Source: Verrucomicrobiia bacterium
GTDB lineage: Bacteria > Verrucomicrobiota > Verrucomicrobiia > Palsa-1439
Assembly: GCA_035541135.1 (NCBI GenBank)
Contig: DATKNW010000044.1
Coordinates: 4,489 to 68,488 of the forward strand
Direction of reading: 5' to 3'
DNA: 64,000 bases
In this document: positions 9,657 to 20,749 of the stretch, piece after piece
How the letters are laid out: each line of letters begins with the position of its first letter
How positions within the stretch are numbered: position 1 is the first letter of the stretch
Notes under the pieces: model-generated
Database searches by the model: none
Told to the model about the DNA's origin: nothing
The model's input: the letters and a program-made list of their open reading frames with translations, nothing else
Translations under genes and position numbers: made by a program

Positions 9657-10548
9657 AGCAACAACCATGGGGACGTCCACCAACCCGGAGCGCGTGGGAT
9701 TTTCCCCGCGCCGCGTGGCCATCATCGCTGTCAACACGCTGACCGAGGCGGTCCGCCAGAAGGTGTTCATCCTGTTCCTGTTGATCGGACTGGTGTTTAT
9801 CGCCTCGGCTGTGTTCTTTGCCCAGTTCACATTCGGCGAGCAGATGAAGTTCATCAAGGACACGTGCCTGGGGGTGATCTCGGTCATCAGCACCCTGATC
9901 GCCATCGTCGGGACGGCGCAATTGCTGCCGAGTGAAGTGGAGAACCGCACGATCTACACCATTCTGGCGAAACCCGTGCGGCGATTCGAATTCCTCCTCG
10001 GGAAATTCTGCGGCGGTCTGCTGCTGCTGCTGTTGAGCGTGGCGGCGATGTGCATCCTGTTCGCCGCGGTGCTGTGGATCAAGGAACAGGGGATGATTCG
10101 CGAGCTGAGCCAGAGCTATGTGGGCGAGACGCCGGAGGCCCACGTCGAGGCCGCGAAACAAATCGAGCAGGTCAAGGTGGAACTCCGCGATGTGGAACTG
10201 GTCAAAGCCCTGATCGCGGAACTGGCGAAGGCGACTCTCATCGCGGCGGTGACGCTGTTGATCTCGACGTTTTCCACTTCGCTGGTGTTCAACGTCGTCG
10301 TTCCGTTCATGGTGTTTGTCGCGGGCATGTTGCGCGGCAGCGCGGCCGAGATGTGGGGGGCTCACCGGGTGTTCATGGCCATCCTGGCGGTGATACCCGA
10401 CTTTGGATTGTTCAGCCTCGCGGACGAGATCAACCTGGGGAAGGTCGTGCCCTGGAGTCACGTTGCCCAGATTGTCACCTACGGCCTGACTCGGGCCCTG
10501 GTGATCGTCGTCGCCGCCCACCTCGTGTTCGCGCGGCGGGAGATTTAG
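9649..10548 (+). CDS. ABC-2 type transporter permease
   Basis: ATGA overlap with the upstream ATPase gene. About 6 TM segments. Typical ABC-2 permease partner. Confidence 0.65.
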   Translation: MTEATTMGTSTNPERVGFSPRRVAIIAVNTLTEAVRQKVFILFLLIGLVFIASAVFFAQFTFGEQMKFIKDTCLGVISVISTLIAIVGTAQLLPSEVENRTIYTILAKPVRRFEFLLGKFCGGLLLLLLSVAAMCILFAAVLWIKEQGMIRELSQSYVGETPEAHVEAAKQIEQVKVELRDVELVKALIAELAKATLIAAVTLLISTFSTSLVFNVVVPFMVFVAGMLRGSAAEMWGAHRVFMAILAVIPDFGLFSLADEINLGKVVPWSHVAQIVTYGLTRALVIVVAAHLVFARREI

Positions 10549-10557
10549 GGAACGCGC

Positions 10558-11349
10558 ATGAAATTGCTGGTTGCTCTTCTTCTCTTCGGAATCGGGTTTG
10601 CCCTCCTTCCGCTTGAGAATTCGCTGCGCCGCCAGCGAATGGAGATGAAATACGGTGGCGCCCGCGTGACGTTCGAATTGCGGGAGACCATCGGGCAGAA
10701 TCTCGCCATCGCGCTCCTGGCGGGAATGCGGGGGGTCGTTTCCGACTTGTTGTGGATCCAAAGCCACGATTTCTGGGAGAAACGGGAATGGCTGCGGCAA
10801 TACCGCAATATGGAGGTCGTCGTCACCCTGCAGCCGCAGTCGGTCATGTTCTGGGACCTCGGCGGGTGGCACATGGCTTGGAATATCGGGTATGGCTCAT
10901 TTTCGGATCCGAATAATCGGACCAAGGCCGAAGGGATCAAGCGGGAACGGGAATGGCACGAGAAGGCGCGGCAATTCCTGCTCCGGGGCGTCGACAACTT
11001 GCCCAACCGCTACGAGTTGTATTTCTCCATGGCGTGGCTTTACTATGAAAAACTCAGCAAGGATTGTGACAATCCGCCGTGTACCGAGGCCTTCTGCAAG
11101 AGCGCTTCCTATCTGGAGAAGGCGTCCAGCTTTCCCGACGCACCCCAATTTGTTCCCCGATTGTACGCCCGAGCCCTCGAAAAGTGCGGCGACATCAACG
11201 CTGCCTATGACGAGTGGAAACACTTGTGGTTCCTGGACCACTCCAAGAACGAGCAGGCTTGGAGTATCATCGAGCGCGAAATCCGCCGGCTGGAGGATGA
11301 ACTGGCCATCCCGAACGACCAGCGGGTCTTCCCCCCAACGACACCGTAG
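10558..11349 (+). CDS. Hypothetical membrane-anchored protein (263 aa), probably co-transcribed with the ABC transporter
   Basis: N-terminal TM helix MKLLVALLLFGIGFALLPL, then a soluble domain with no recognised family. Tight spacing to the permease gene. Confidence 0.4.
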   Translation: MKLLVALLLFGIGFALLPLENSLRRQRMEMKYGGARVTFELRETIGQNLAIALLAGMRGVVSDLLWIQSHDFWEKREWLRQYRNMEVVVTLQPQSVMFWDLGGWHMAWNIGYGSFSDPNNRTKAEGIKREREWHEKARQFLLRGVDNLPNRYELYFSMAWLYYEKLSKDCDNPPCTEAFCKSASYLEKASSFPDAPQFVPRLYARALEKCGDINAAYDEWKHLWFLDHSKNEQAWSIIEREIRRLEDELAIPNDQRVFPPTTP

Positions 11350-11354
11350 CCGCC

Positions 11355-12095
11355 ATGCCCGCCCCCGCGATACGATACGCCATCATCAGTGACATCCACG
11401 GGAACCTCGAAGGACTCGACGCGGTGCTCAAGGATTCTCGCGAACACAAGTGTACGCATTACGTCTGCCTGGGGGACATCGTCGGGTACGGACCCAATCC
11501 AAAGGAATGTCTCGATACGGTCCGTCGGTTGGATTGTCCCGTGATCATGGGCAACCATGACGAGTATTGTGCTTCGGAAATCGAGCTCGTGGGGTTCAAT
11601 CCAATGGCCGCCGAGGCCATCCGCTGGACCCGCACCCAGTTGAGCACCGAGGAAAAGGCCTGGTTGCGCGACCTCAAGTACGTGCGGCACGTCGAATCCT
11701 TCACGATTGTGCATGCGACACTCGATCTGCCGGAGAAATGGGCGTACGTGTTTGATCGGCTGGCGGCGCAGGCCAGTTTCAATTACCAGCATACGCCGGT
11801 CTGTTTCAACGGCCACACCCACGTGCCCGTCGCATTCGTCCGCGGACCGAATGGGTTGCAGGGTGGTCTGTACTCGAAAATCAAGATCGAAGTCGGCCGC
11901 AAGTATTTCATCAATGTCGGCTCGGTCGGCCAGCCGCGCGATCGCAACCCGAAGTCGGCGTACGTTATCTTCGATCTCATGACCAACCTGATCGAGTTGC
12001 GCCGCGTCGAATACGCCATCAACGTGACGCAGAAGAAGATTCGGGCGGCTGGCCTGCCGGAATCGCTGGCCGAACGGTTGGCTCATGGACGGTAG
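11355..12095 (+). CDS. Metallophosphoesterase (calcineurin-like phosphoesterase family)
   Basis: Motifs ISDIHGN, CLGDIVGYGP, GNHDEY and GHTHVP are the canonical metallophosphatase motifs I-IV. Confidence 0.8.
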   Translation: MPAPAIRYAIISDIHGNLEGLDAVLKDSREHKCTHYVCLGDIVGYGPNPKECLDTVRRLDCPVIMGNHDEYCASEIELVGFNPMAAEAIRWTRTQLSTEEKAWLRDLKYVRHVESFTIVHATLDLPEKWAYVFDRLAAQASFNYQHTPVCFNGHTHVPVAFVRGPNGLQGGLYSKIKIEVGRKYFINVGSVGQPRDRNPKSAYVIFDLMTNLIELRRVEYAINVTQKKIRAAGLPESLAERLAHGR

Positions 12096-12144
12096 ACGCC
12101 CATTTCCGTAGGAGCGGTCACCTCGTCCGCCACACCGAGGCACG

Positions 12145-13101
12145 GTGACAAACATTCTGATCATCAAACCCAGCTCGCTCGGGGACGTCGTACATGCCCT
12201 GCCGACGGTCAATCTCATCCGCCGGAAGTACCCCTACGCACATATTTCCTGGCTGATCAATGACACCCTGGCCTCGCTCCTGAAGCACAGTCCGATTATC
12301 GACGAACTCATTCCGTTTGAGCGCCAGCGGCTGGCCGGTCTGGGGCAATTTCCGCGAATGATGAGCTTCCTCAACGGGCTACACAAGAAGCGATTTGACG
12401 TCGTGGTGGATCTACAGGGCCTGCTCCGCAGCGGCATCATCACGTGGGCGACGCGCGCGCCGCGCCGCATCGGACTGAGTGACGCCCGCGAAGGCGCCGG
12501 ACTGTTCTTCAATGAGATCGTAACGGTGCAACCTGCCCATGCGGTGGACCGGTACCTGGCCGCCGCTCATTATCTGGAATGCGATTCCGGGCCAATCGAG
12601 TTCCCTCTTGGCCTGCCAGCGTTCGAAACCACGGAAAACCTGATTGCGGTCAACCCCTCCGCCCGCTGGGCGACGAAGCTGTGGGGCGATGACCGGTTCG
12701 CCGAGCTGATCCGTCGTCTTCCGCCCGAGCGGGTCGTGTTGACGGGGTCAGCGACCGAGCGGCCGCGAATCGAGGCGATCGCCCAGGGACGACGGAATCT
12801 CGCCGGTCAAACGGATCTGTTTCAACTGGCGGAGTTGTTTCGCCGTTGTCGCGTGGTGATCGCCAACGATAGTGGTCCGATGCATCTGGCGGCAGCCGTC
12901 GGCACTCCCGTGGTCGCGATATTCGGGCCGACCGACCCCGCACTCACCGGGCCTTACGGCGACCGCCACGTCGTCCTGCGTGCGGATGTCGACTGTTCTC
13001 CGTGCTTCAAGGACCACTGCAAGAACCGGATACCCATGGAGTGCATGACGCGGATTACAGTTGAGCACGTGCTGGACGCCGTCGAACGTTTCCTTGTTTG
13101 A
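12145..13101 (+). CDS. Glycosyltransferase family 9 (ADP-heptose:LPS heptosyltransferase-like)
   Basis: N-terminal ILIIKPSSLGDVVHALP and C-terminal ANDSGPMHLAAAVGTPVVAIFGPTDP are the RfaF/WaaC GT9 signatures. Confidence 0.8.
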   Translation: MTNILIIKPSSLGDVVHALPTVNLIRRKYPYAHISWLINDTLASLLKHSPIIDELIPFERQRLAGLGQFPRMMSFLNGLHKKRFDVVVDLQGLLRSGIITWATRAPRRIGLSDAREGAGLFFNEIVTVQPAHAVDRYLAAAHYLECDSGPIEFPLGLPAFETTENLIAVNPSARWATKLWGDDRFAELIRRLPPERVVLTGSATERPRIEAIAQGRRNLAGQTDLFQLAELFRRCRVVIANDSGPMHLAAAVGTPVVAIFGPTDPALTGPYGDRHVVLRADVDCSPCFKDHCKNRIPMECMTRITVEHVLDAVERFLV

Positions 13102-13132
13102 CCCAGCCGGTTACCTTATTCTCCGCCAGCAT

Positions 13133-15433
13133 ATGCGACCTTTTTCGTATTCCCGCGTGACCCGCCGGCTCGTTCTCGCGGCGCTTGTCTCACTCGTCAC
13201 TGGCTCGGGCGGTACCTTTGCGCAGGCGCTCCCACCAAACGGGAAGTCCGCGGCCGACTCCGGCCGGCCGGCAGCCGAGTCGTCCCGCTGGAGCGGCATG
13301 ACCGAGCAACGGCTCGAGCAATTGCTCTCGCAAATGACGCTCCCGGAAAAGATCGGCCAATTGTCGCAAGGCCAGGCTTCTCGAACCAACGTGGAGGATC
13401 TCGTCCGCCGCGGCGGCATTGGTTCGGTCATTGCCGGACGCGGTCCGATGAGCAATACGCTCCAACATGTGGCCATCGAACAGTCGCGCCTCGGGATTCC
13501 GTTGTTGGTGGCCTATGACGTGATCCACGGTTATCGAACGATCTTCCCGATTCCGCTCGGCCAAGCCGCCGCGTGGAATCCGCAACTGACCGAGCAAGCG
13601 GCGCGCATCGCCGCCCGCGAAGCGGCCTCGCAATGGATTCGGTGGACCTACGCGCCGATGGTCGACATCGCCCGCGACCCGCGTTGGGGCCGCATCGCGG
13701 AAGGCGCCGGCGAAGACCCGTATCTGGGCAGCGTGCTTGGCGCCGCCATGGTGCGCGGGTTCCAAGGAGATGATCTGAGCGATCCCGAGCACGTGGCTGC
13801 CTGCGCGAAGCACTTCGCCGCTTATGGCGCCGCCGAGGGTGGCCGTGACTACAACACCGTCGACATGTCGGAGCGCACGTTGCGTGACGTCTATTTGCCG
13901 CCGTTCCACGCCTGCGTGAACGCGCACGTGGCCACGTTGATGAGCGCGTTCGCCGACGTCAACGGGATGCCGGCCACCGCCAACTCGTTTCTGCTGCGCG
14001 ACGTGCTTCGCCGCGAGTGGGGATTCGGTGGTTTTGTCATCAGTGATGCCAACGCCATCCACGAACTGATCGCCCACGGGATGGTCGCCGACGACAAGGA
14101 CGCCTCGCAGGCCGCCTTCCTGGCTGGTGTGGACATGGAGATGTTTACGTCCTGTTATCGCAGCAACCTGGAGACGCTCGTCACCGAAGGCAAGGTACCC
14201 CTGCAAGCTGTTGACGACTCGGTCCGTCGCGTCCTGCGCTTGAAGTGGAAGCTGGGCTTGTTCGACAAGCCGTTCGCGCGGCCCAATCCCGACGAGGTCC
14301 TCCTGCACAGGGATCATCTCGAGACGGCGCGCGAGTTCGCCCGCGAAAGCATCGTCTTGCTGAAGAACGAAGGCCGCGCGCTGCCCCTGTGGAAGGAAAT
14401 CCCGTCTCTGGCCGTGATCGGTCCGCTCGCCGACGACGGTCACGATCAGATGGGTGCCTGGAGCGGAAAGGGCGACGAAAAGGACTGCCGTACGCCGCTT
14501 CAGGCGATACGCGACGTGGTGGGCCAGACCGGCAAGATCAACTACGCCGCCGGACTGGAGAATTGCGCGAGCACGAATACCAGTGGTTTCGAGGAAGCGG
14601 TGCGCGCCGCCAAGGAATCAATGTTTGCGGTGGTGTTTGTCGGCGAGCCCGCCGCTCAATCCGGTGAGGCCTCCAGTCGGGCCTACCTCAATCTGCCCGG
14701 AGCGCAACTCGACCTGATCCGTGCCGTCCGGGCCGCTGGCAAACCGATGATCGTCGTGCTGATGGCGGGCCGACCACTGGAGATCGGTGAGATACTCGAT
14801 GCGGCACCGGCGGTCATGATGGCCTGGCATCCGGGAACGATGGGCGGACCGGCGATTGCGGATGTTCTGTTCGGTGATCATTCTCCGTCCGGAAAACTGC
14901 CGATTTCCTGGCCCCGCACGGTCGGCCAGGTTCCCATCTACTACAACCACAAGAGTACCGGCCGCCCGTGGATCGATCCGTTCAAGGTGCCGGGACCCGG
15001 TCGGCCGGGCGGGTACATCACCGGCTACTTCGATCTTCCGCAAACGCCCCAATTCCCCTTCGGTTACGGCCTGAGTTATACGCAGTTCGAGTACAGCAAT
15101 CTGCGCGTCGACCCGCAGCGGATCAAGGTCGGCGAGTCCGTTCAGGTGACGGCCCGCATCCGAAATCTCGGTGATCGTCCCGGCGATGAAGTTGCCCAGC
15201 TCTACATTCGTAACATGGCGGCGGATATTCCCCAACCCGTGCGGGAGTTGAAAGGGTTTCAGCGAATCACGCTGCTGCCCGGCCAGGGCAGGGACGTGGA
15301 GTTTACGCTATCGGCCGACATGCTCTCGTTTCACGATCGGGACATGAAGCTCGTGACCGAACCGGGCCGCTACCGGGTGTGGATCAGCGGCGATTCCGCC
15401 AGCGGCCAGCCCGTCGAGTTCCAGATCGAGTAG
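13133..15433 (+). CDS. Glycoside hydrolase family 3 beta-glucosidase (BglX-like), secreted
   Basis: Signal peptide after MRPFSYSR. GH3 catalytic region ...KHFAAYGAAEGGRDYNTVDMSER... and SDANAI. C-terminal fibronectin-like domain. Size ~766 aa. Confidence 0.85.
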   Translation: MRPFSYSRVTRRLVLAALVSLVTGSGGTFAQALPPNGKSAADSGRPAAESSRWSGMTEQRLEQLLSQMTLPEKIGQLSQGQASRTNVEDLVRRGGIGSVIAGRGPMSNTLQHVAIEQSRLGIPLLVAYDVIHGYRTIFPIPLGQAAAWNPQLTEQAARIAAREAASQWIRWTYAPMVDIARDPRWGRIAEGAGEDPYLGSVLGAAMVRGFQGDDLSDPEHVAACAKHFAAYGAAEGGRDYNTVDMSERTLRDVYLPPFHACVNAHVATLMSAFADVNGMPATANSFLLRDVLRREWGFGGFVISDANAIHELIAHGMVADDKDASQAAFLAGVDMEMFTSCYRSNLETLVTEGKVPLQAVDDSVRRVLRLKWKLGLFDKPFARPNPDEVLLHRDHLETAREFARESIVLLKNEGRALPLWKEIPSLAVIGPLADDGHDQMGAWSGKGDEKDCRTPLQAIRDVVGQTGKINYAAGLENCASTNTSGFEEAVRAAKESMFAVVFVGEPAAQSGEASSRAYLNLPGAQLDLIRAVRAAGKPMIVVLMAGRPLEIGEILDAAPAVMMAWHPGTMGGPAIADVLFGDHSPSGKLPISWPRTVGQVPIYYNHKSTGRPWIDPFKVPGPGRPGGYITGYFDLPQTPQFPFGYGLSYTQFEYSNLRVDPQRIKVGESVQVTARIRNLGDRPGDEVAQLYIRNMAADIPQPVRELKGFQRITLLPGQGRDVEFTLSADMLSFHDRDMKLVTEPGRYRVWISGDSASGQPVEFQIE

Positions 15434-15442
15434 GCGCAGCAG

Positions 15443-17014
15443 TTGTTGGACCGGATGCGAAAAAATCTCATGAGTGACTCTGTGTGGTGGAAACGAATCG
15501 CCCGATGGGATTGCTGGGTGGTGGGGCTGGTGTGTCTGAGCGTGGCGTTGCGTTGGTGGCTGGTATTCGCCGGAGGGCAGTATTGGTTTCCCGATGAGAG
15601 GCGGTTCTGGTGGTCAGGCATCGTCCTCTATCGGCTCGGTCAGGGACAGTGGAAACAAGCTCTCGAACCGATTCTGGACTGGAATCAACACCCGGGGTTC
15701 ACCTGTCTGGGGTGTGTGCCCATCGCGATCCACTGGGCTTGGGCCGGGCTGACCGGCATGTCCATCGGCCAGATTCCATTTGAAAGCACTGTCCGATTCA
15801 GCGCGGCAATCCTCTCACTCGCCTCGGTTGTGGTGATCCTGCTGATCGGGGTGATTGTGCGGCGCGCGGGCGGCAATCGGACCGAGGCATTGATCGCGAT
15901 GGCACTCATGGCAGGATCAAATTCGATGTTTTACTACTCGCGGCACACATTGCCCTATGACACTTCGCTGGCTCTGGCGCTTGGAAGCTTCGCGGTCGGC
16001 ATGCAAAAGGGCGGATGGAAGCGCCTGTTATTCAGCGGCTGGCTGGCCGGTGCCGCGTTCTTCATGTATTACCGCTATTGGGCCGTCGTGTCGGTGGTAT
16101 CAGCGACCACAATCCTGTGGAACGCCTCGAGCGTGAAGGAGATTCGATATCGGACCTTCTGGTTCGCGCTCGGCCCTCTGACATGGCTCGTGATCTTCAC
16201 CATCGGCTGCGCCTTCGTGTTCGGACGATCTTTCGTGAACGGAATGGTGTCCTTCGCCGCCACCGTATCTCCTGAGATGCACTCCGAAGGCTGGTGGGCG
16301 ACGTGGGCGTATCTGTGGGACGCGGAGCACGGACTGCTAATTCTCTGGCTGGCGGCGTTGGCGTGGATACTTTGGTCGACGGTGAGACGACGCCCGATGC
16401 CCGCCTACGGATCGGTTTGGGTCGCGATGCTGGGCGCGCTATACGGATTACTGGTTCTCGGCAGCTTGGGACCCTCCAGCCTGGCTGTGTACGGGCGTGC
16501 GGCTCGGCAGCTCGTGCCGTTTCTTTGCTTGATTGGAGCGTTTGCAGGCGCTCGGGTGTGGGACGGGGCCCGCACAACCTGGGGAAGACGGACGCTCCAG
16601 ACGGGGGGACTCCTGTTGATCTTGCAGGCGGCATGGAATTTCCGTGGCCCACTGCAGCAATGGTTCCCGCGCGACGTACGACGTCTGGTCGCCGCCGAGT
16701 ACGGGGTCTTTTCCGAAGCGACCACGGTTGACTGTCCCCGGTTGGAGGATGAATTGGCGCCTTCGCAAGCGCCAACCCAACCAGCCCGATACGTGCTGTT
16801 GAACGCGCAGTATCTGGAGAAGATTCACGGCGCGAAAACTCCTCCTCAAGGCCGGATTGTGCTCCGCTTCGCCCACCCGATGCAATTTGCGCCATATCAA
16901 TACGACGAATTCACAGCCCGAGAGCGGGCGCTGATTCGCCGGACGGACATCTCGATGCGATTGGTGGATACGGCCGGCCAACCTGAGCTTGCGAATCCGC
17001 AGACAATTCCCTAG
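15443..17014 (+). CDS. GT-C membrane glycosyltransferase (GT39/GT83, ArnT/PMT-like)
   Basis: Polytopic membrane protein with the first-loop DE motif (YWFPDERRFWW) and YYSRHTLPYD, typical of ArnT/PMT-type transferases. Lies within an LPS-core/glycosylation cluster. Confidence 0.6.
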   Translation: MLDRMRKNLMSDSVWWKRIARWDCWVVGLVCLSVALRWWLVFAGGQYWFPDERRFWWSGIVLYRLGQGQWKQALEPILDWNQHPGFTCLGCVPIAIHWAWAGLTGMSIGQIPFESTVRFSAAILSLASVVVILLIGVIVRRAGGNRTEALIAMALMAGSNSMFYYSRHTLPYDTSLALALGSFAVGMQKGGWKRLLFSGWLAGAAFFMYYRYWAVVSVVSATTILWNASSVKEIRYRTFWFALGPLTWLVIFTIGCAFVFGRSFVNGMVSFAATVSPEMHSEGWWATWAYLWDAEHGLLILWLAALAWILWSTVRRRPMPAYGSVWVAMLGALYGLLVLGSLGPSSLAVYGRAARQLVPFLCLIGAFAGARVWDGARTTWGRRTLQTGGLLLILQAAWNFRGPLQQWFPRDVRRLVAAEYGVFSEATTVDCPRLEDELAPSQAPTQPARYVLLNAQYLEKIHGAKTPPQGRIVLRFAHPMQFAPYQYDEFTARERALIRRTDISMRLVDTAGQPELANPQTIP

Positions 17015-17026
17015 GCTTGCAGGCCT

Positions 17027-18058
17027 ATGACCGAGCTCGAACAGCAATTGCAGTCCGCCCGCGCCGAGGCTGAGCGGGCCGTGGCGGCGTGCACCGATCT
17101 CCCGTCCCTCGACCAACTCAAGGCCCGGTACCTCGGCCGGAGCGGCATCGTCCCCGCCGCGCTGGAACAACTGGGCAAACTTCCCAAGGAGGAAAAACCG
17201 CGGATCGGCAAACTGGCCAACGAAGTGAAAAACGCGCTGACGGCCGCCATCGAGGCAAAGCGCGAGGAATTGGAAGCCAAGGCCGCATCCTCCGGGCCGG
17301 CCATCGATGTGACTTTGCCCGGGCGTCGGCACCACCTCGGCCACCTGCATCCGCTCACGCAGATTTTCGAGCGCACGGTCGTGATCTTCCGGCGCATGGG
17401 CTTCGCTGTCGAGGACGGACCCGAGGTTGAGGATGAATGGCATTGTTTCGACGCGCTGAACACTCCCGCGAACCACCCCGCGCGCGACATGCAGGACACG
17501 CTGTACATCGACGACAAAGCAATGCCGCCCGACCCGAAGTGCGGCCGCTATTTGCTGCGGACCCATACCTCGCCCGTGCAAGTCCGCACGATGCTCAAGC
17601 AGAAACCGCCGATCCGTATCGTCGCGCCAGGGCGCGTCTTCCGCCGGGACGAACTTGATGCCACCCACAGCCCGACATTCCATCAGATCGAAGGATTGTA
17701 TGTGGACAGGAATGTGACGGTCGCCGACCTCAAAGGTACCGTCGAATTCTTCTTCAAACAACTGCTGTCACCCGAGACCGAAGTGCGGTTCCGTCCGCAT
17801 TTCTTTCCGTACACCGAGCCGAGCTTCGAGATCGATCTGTCAACGCCGCAGTTTCGCGCGCGGGGCAAGGAATGGATCGAGATCGCCGGCTGCGGCATGG
17901 TGGATCCGAACGTCTTCAAGGCCGTCGGCTATCCCGACGACGAGTACACCGGCTGGGCATTCGGCTTCGGCATCGACCGCCTCGCGATGGTCATGTGGTC
18001 GATCAACGACATCCGCCTCTTCACCGAGAATGACGTGCGGTTCCTGGAGCAGTTCTGA
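17027..18058 (+). CDS. pheS: Phenylalanine--tRNA ligase alpha subunit
   Basis: [23 protein letters not shown] and [13 protein letters not shown] are class II aaRS motifs specific to PheS. Stop overlaps the pheT start (TGATG). Confidence 0.95.
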   Translation: MTELEQQLQSARAEAERAVAACTDLPSLDQLKARYLGRSGIVPAALEQLGKLPKEEKPRIGKLANEVKNALTAAIEAKREELEAKAASSGPAIDVTLPGRRHHLGHLHPLTQIFERTVVIFRRMGFAVEDGPEVEDEWHCFDALNTPANHPARDMQDTLYIDDKAMPPDPKCGRYLLRTHTSPVQVRTMLKQKPPIRIVAPGRVFRRDELDATHSPTFHQIEGLYVDRNVTVADLKGTVEFFFKQLLSPETEVRFRPHFFPYTEPSFEIDLSTPQFRARGKEWIEIAGCGMVDPNVFKAVGYPDDEYTGWAFGFGIDRLAMVMWSINDIRLFTENDVRFLEQF

Positions 18059-20343
18059 TGAAATTCACCTACAACTGGCTGAAACAATACGTCAATGTCG
18101 ACTGGTCGCCGCGCGAATTGGCCGACAAACTCACATTTGCCGGCATCGAGGTGGAAGACGTGGTGACCGTGGGCGGCGGCGTGCTCCAGCAGGTGGTGGT
18201 GTGCCAGGTTCTCTCCAGCGAGAAGCATCCCAACGCCGACAAGCTGTCGGTCTGTCGGGTCAACGATGGCAAGGCCGAACGCCAGATTGTCTGCGGCGCG
18301 AAGAATTACAAGGTCGGCGACAAAGTGCCGCTGGCGTTGCCCGGCACGACCATGGCCAACGGCATGACGATCAAGGAGGCGAAGCTGCGTGGCGTCGAAT
18401 CTCAGGGGATGATGTGCTCCGCGGAGGAATTGGGCCTGCCGAAAGGCGAAGACGGGCTGCTCATTTTGCCGGCGGACACGCGCCTCGGAATCACGCTCAG
18501 CGAGGCGATGGGCGGAACTGACACCGTGTTCGATATCGAAGTGACGCCCAACCGGCCCGACTGGCTCAGCCTGATCGGCATCGCCCGCGAGATCAGCGCG
18601 CTCACCGGAAATCCGATCAAGGTTCCTGCGGTCGCCGTTCCCGAATCAGGCGATGCGGTCACAAAGCACACATCGGTCGCGGTCGAGGCGGCGGACCTGT
18701 GTCCGCGGTACACGGCGCGCGTGATTCGCGGGGTGAAAATCGGCCCGAGCCCGGCGTGGCTGAAGCAACTGTTGGAAAAGGTCGGCCTGCGCCCGGTCAA
18801 TAACGTGGTCGATGTGACCAACTACGTGCTGCTCGAATGCGGCCAGCCGTTGCACGCGTTCGACTACAACCGGCTGGCGGAACATCGCATCGTGGTGCGC
18901 CGCGCTGCCAAGGGCGAAAAGTTCCTCGCCATCGATGGGAGCGCGCACGAGCTGACCAGCGAGATGCTGGTGATTGCCGATGCGGAGCGCGCGGTGGCGC
19001 TGGCGGGGATCATGGGCGGCAAGGACAGTGAGATTGGCGACACGACGACGGACGTGCTCTTGGAAAGCGCGTGGTTCCTGCCCGCGAACGTGCGCAGGAC
19101 TTCCAAACGACTCGGGCTGGCCAGCGACGCGAGCTATCGGTTCGAGCGCGGCGCGGACATCGGCAGCGCGCTCTGGGCGAGCAATCGCGCGGCGCAATTG
19201 ATCCAGCAATTGGCCGGCGGACAGGTGGCGCCCGGGATCATCGACACGCTGGCGAAACCGGTCGAGAAACGGTGGGTGCGTTGCCGGTACGCGCAGGTGA
19301 ATCGCCTGCTCGGCATTATCGTTCCACCGGAGACCGTCAAGAAGATCTTTGGCGGGCTTACACTGCAGGTTGTCGCGTCCGACGCCCAATCCTGCGAGGT
19401 CGAGATCCCGACCTTCCGCGTCGACCTCGAACGCGAGGTCGACCTGATCGAGGAGGTGTGCCGGATTCACGGCGTCGAGAAGATCCCCGCGAAGATGCAG
19501 CCATCCACGCCGGCGGTCTCGGAGTTCGACGCGAAATGGGATTCAATAGCGCGGGTGCGGCAGGTGTTGACCTCGCTCGGATTTCACGAGGCGCAGAACC
19601 AAACGCTGGTGGGCGACGGTGAGTTGAAACTGCAGAACCCGCTCAGCGCGGACCAGCAGGCGCTCCGCCATTCGCTCGCGCCCGGGTTGCTCGCCAATCT
19701 GCGGACCAACGTCTCGCGGCATCAGTATGACGTGAAGCTGTTTGAAATTGGCCGGGTGTTCGCCGCCGACGGGAAGGAATCGTTGCATCTCGCGCTGGCG
19801 GTCACGGGACGTCGGCAGCCGGACGCGTGGGAAACGGCTCAGCGGGAAGCGATGCTGGATTATTACGATCTGAAGGGTGCCTTGGAGGACCTCGGAGAGG
19901 CCATCGGCGTTGTGATCGACACGGCGGGCATCCGCCAGATTTCCCCGGCCCAAGCGAAACGATTTGACCTGCGGGACCCCGCGTACGTCGCCGAACTCGA
20001 ACTGGAGCCGTTGTTGAGCAGCGCGAGGCGGGAAACGACCTTCCGCGAGCTTGCCAAGTTTCCCGCGGTGGTACGGGATGTGGCGCTGGTGGTGGATGAG
20101 AACCAGACGCACGCCGACATCGTCGCGGCGATCGAAAAAGCTCGAAATAAAACCTTGGAACGAGTGGAACTTTTTGATATATATCGAGGCAGCTCGATAG
20201 CGACGGGTAAGAAATCAATGGCGTACTCGTTGACGTTCCGCGCGGCGGACAGGACTCTGACCGACGCCGAGGTCAACGGGGCGCATGAACAGTTGAAACG
20301 TTCATTGGTGCAGACATTGAAGTGTGAGATCCGCGAGAGTTGA
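18058..20343 (+). CDS. pheT: Phenylalanine--tRNA ligase beta subunit
   Basis: [13 protein letters not shown]-terminus, tRNA-binding domain, B3/4 and FDX-ACB domains. 761 aa. Confidence 0.95.
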   Translation: MKFTYNWLKQYVNVDWSPRELADKLTFAGIEVEDVVTVGGGVLQQVVVCQVLSSEKHPNADKLSVCRVNDGKAERQIVCGAKNYKVGDKVPLALPGTTMANGMTIKEAKLRGVESQGMMCSAEELGLPKGEDGLLILPADTRLGITLSEAMGGTDTVFDIEVTPNRPDWLSLIGIAREISALTGNPIKVPAVAVPESGDAVTKHTSVAVEAADLCPRYTARVIRGVKIGPSPAWLKQLLEKVGLRPVNNVVDVTNYVLLECGQPLHAFDYNRLAEHRIVVRRAAKGEKFLAIDGSAHELTSEMLVIADAERAVALAGIMGGKDSEIGDTTTDVLLESAWFLPANVRRTSKRLGLASDASYRFERGADIGSALWASNRAAQLIQQLAGGQVAPGIIDTLAKPVEKRWVRCRYAQVNRLLGIIVPPETVKKIFGGLTLQVVASDAQSCEVEIPTFRVDLEREVDLIEEVCRIHGVEKIPAKMQPSTPAVSEFDAKWDSIARVRQVLTSLGFHEAQNQTLVGDGELKLQNPLSADQQALRHSLAPGLLANLRTNVSRHQYDVKLFEIGRVFAADGKESLHLALAVTGRRQPDAWETAQREAMLDYYDLKGALEDLGEAIGVVIDTAGIRQISPAQAKRFDLRDPAYVAELELEPLLSSARRETTFRELAKFPAVVRDVALVVDENQTHADIVAAIEKARNKTLERVELFDIYRGSSIATGKKSMAYSLTFRAADRTLTDAEVNGAHEQLKRSLVQTLKCEIRES

Positions 20344-20749
20344 CGCAACATGCGCGGGGTTATTGAGCGGTGACCATGAAAATGAGTGGAATATTCTTGA
20401 AATCGACGATGCAACGGGTTACAAAGGGGTTCAGCAGGCGATTGTGGTCGCCGGTGTTCTTTGCCAGAGCAAGAGTTTTGAAATACCCTGCCATGTTCGT
20501 GAGAAACGAAGATTCTTTGAGCCAACACCGTCAGTGACGGAGCTCGGAGTTCCGCGGCGGACTGCGTGCCTACATAGGAAGCAGGAACCCGCAGACAGAG
20601 CACCCCAGTTATCGAGGGGTTCAAAGATGTCGTTGAAACGGCATTACGGTGGGGTATTTCTTTTTCACCCCGCCGCGTGAAGCGTTCGGGCTCACGCAGG
20701 TCAACGCTGCCGATCTCACGAGACTCACACAACGCGAGCCGACTCCGTC

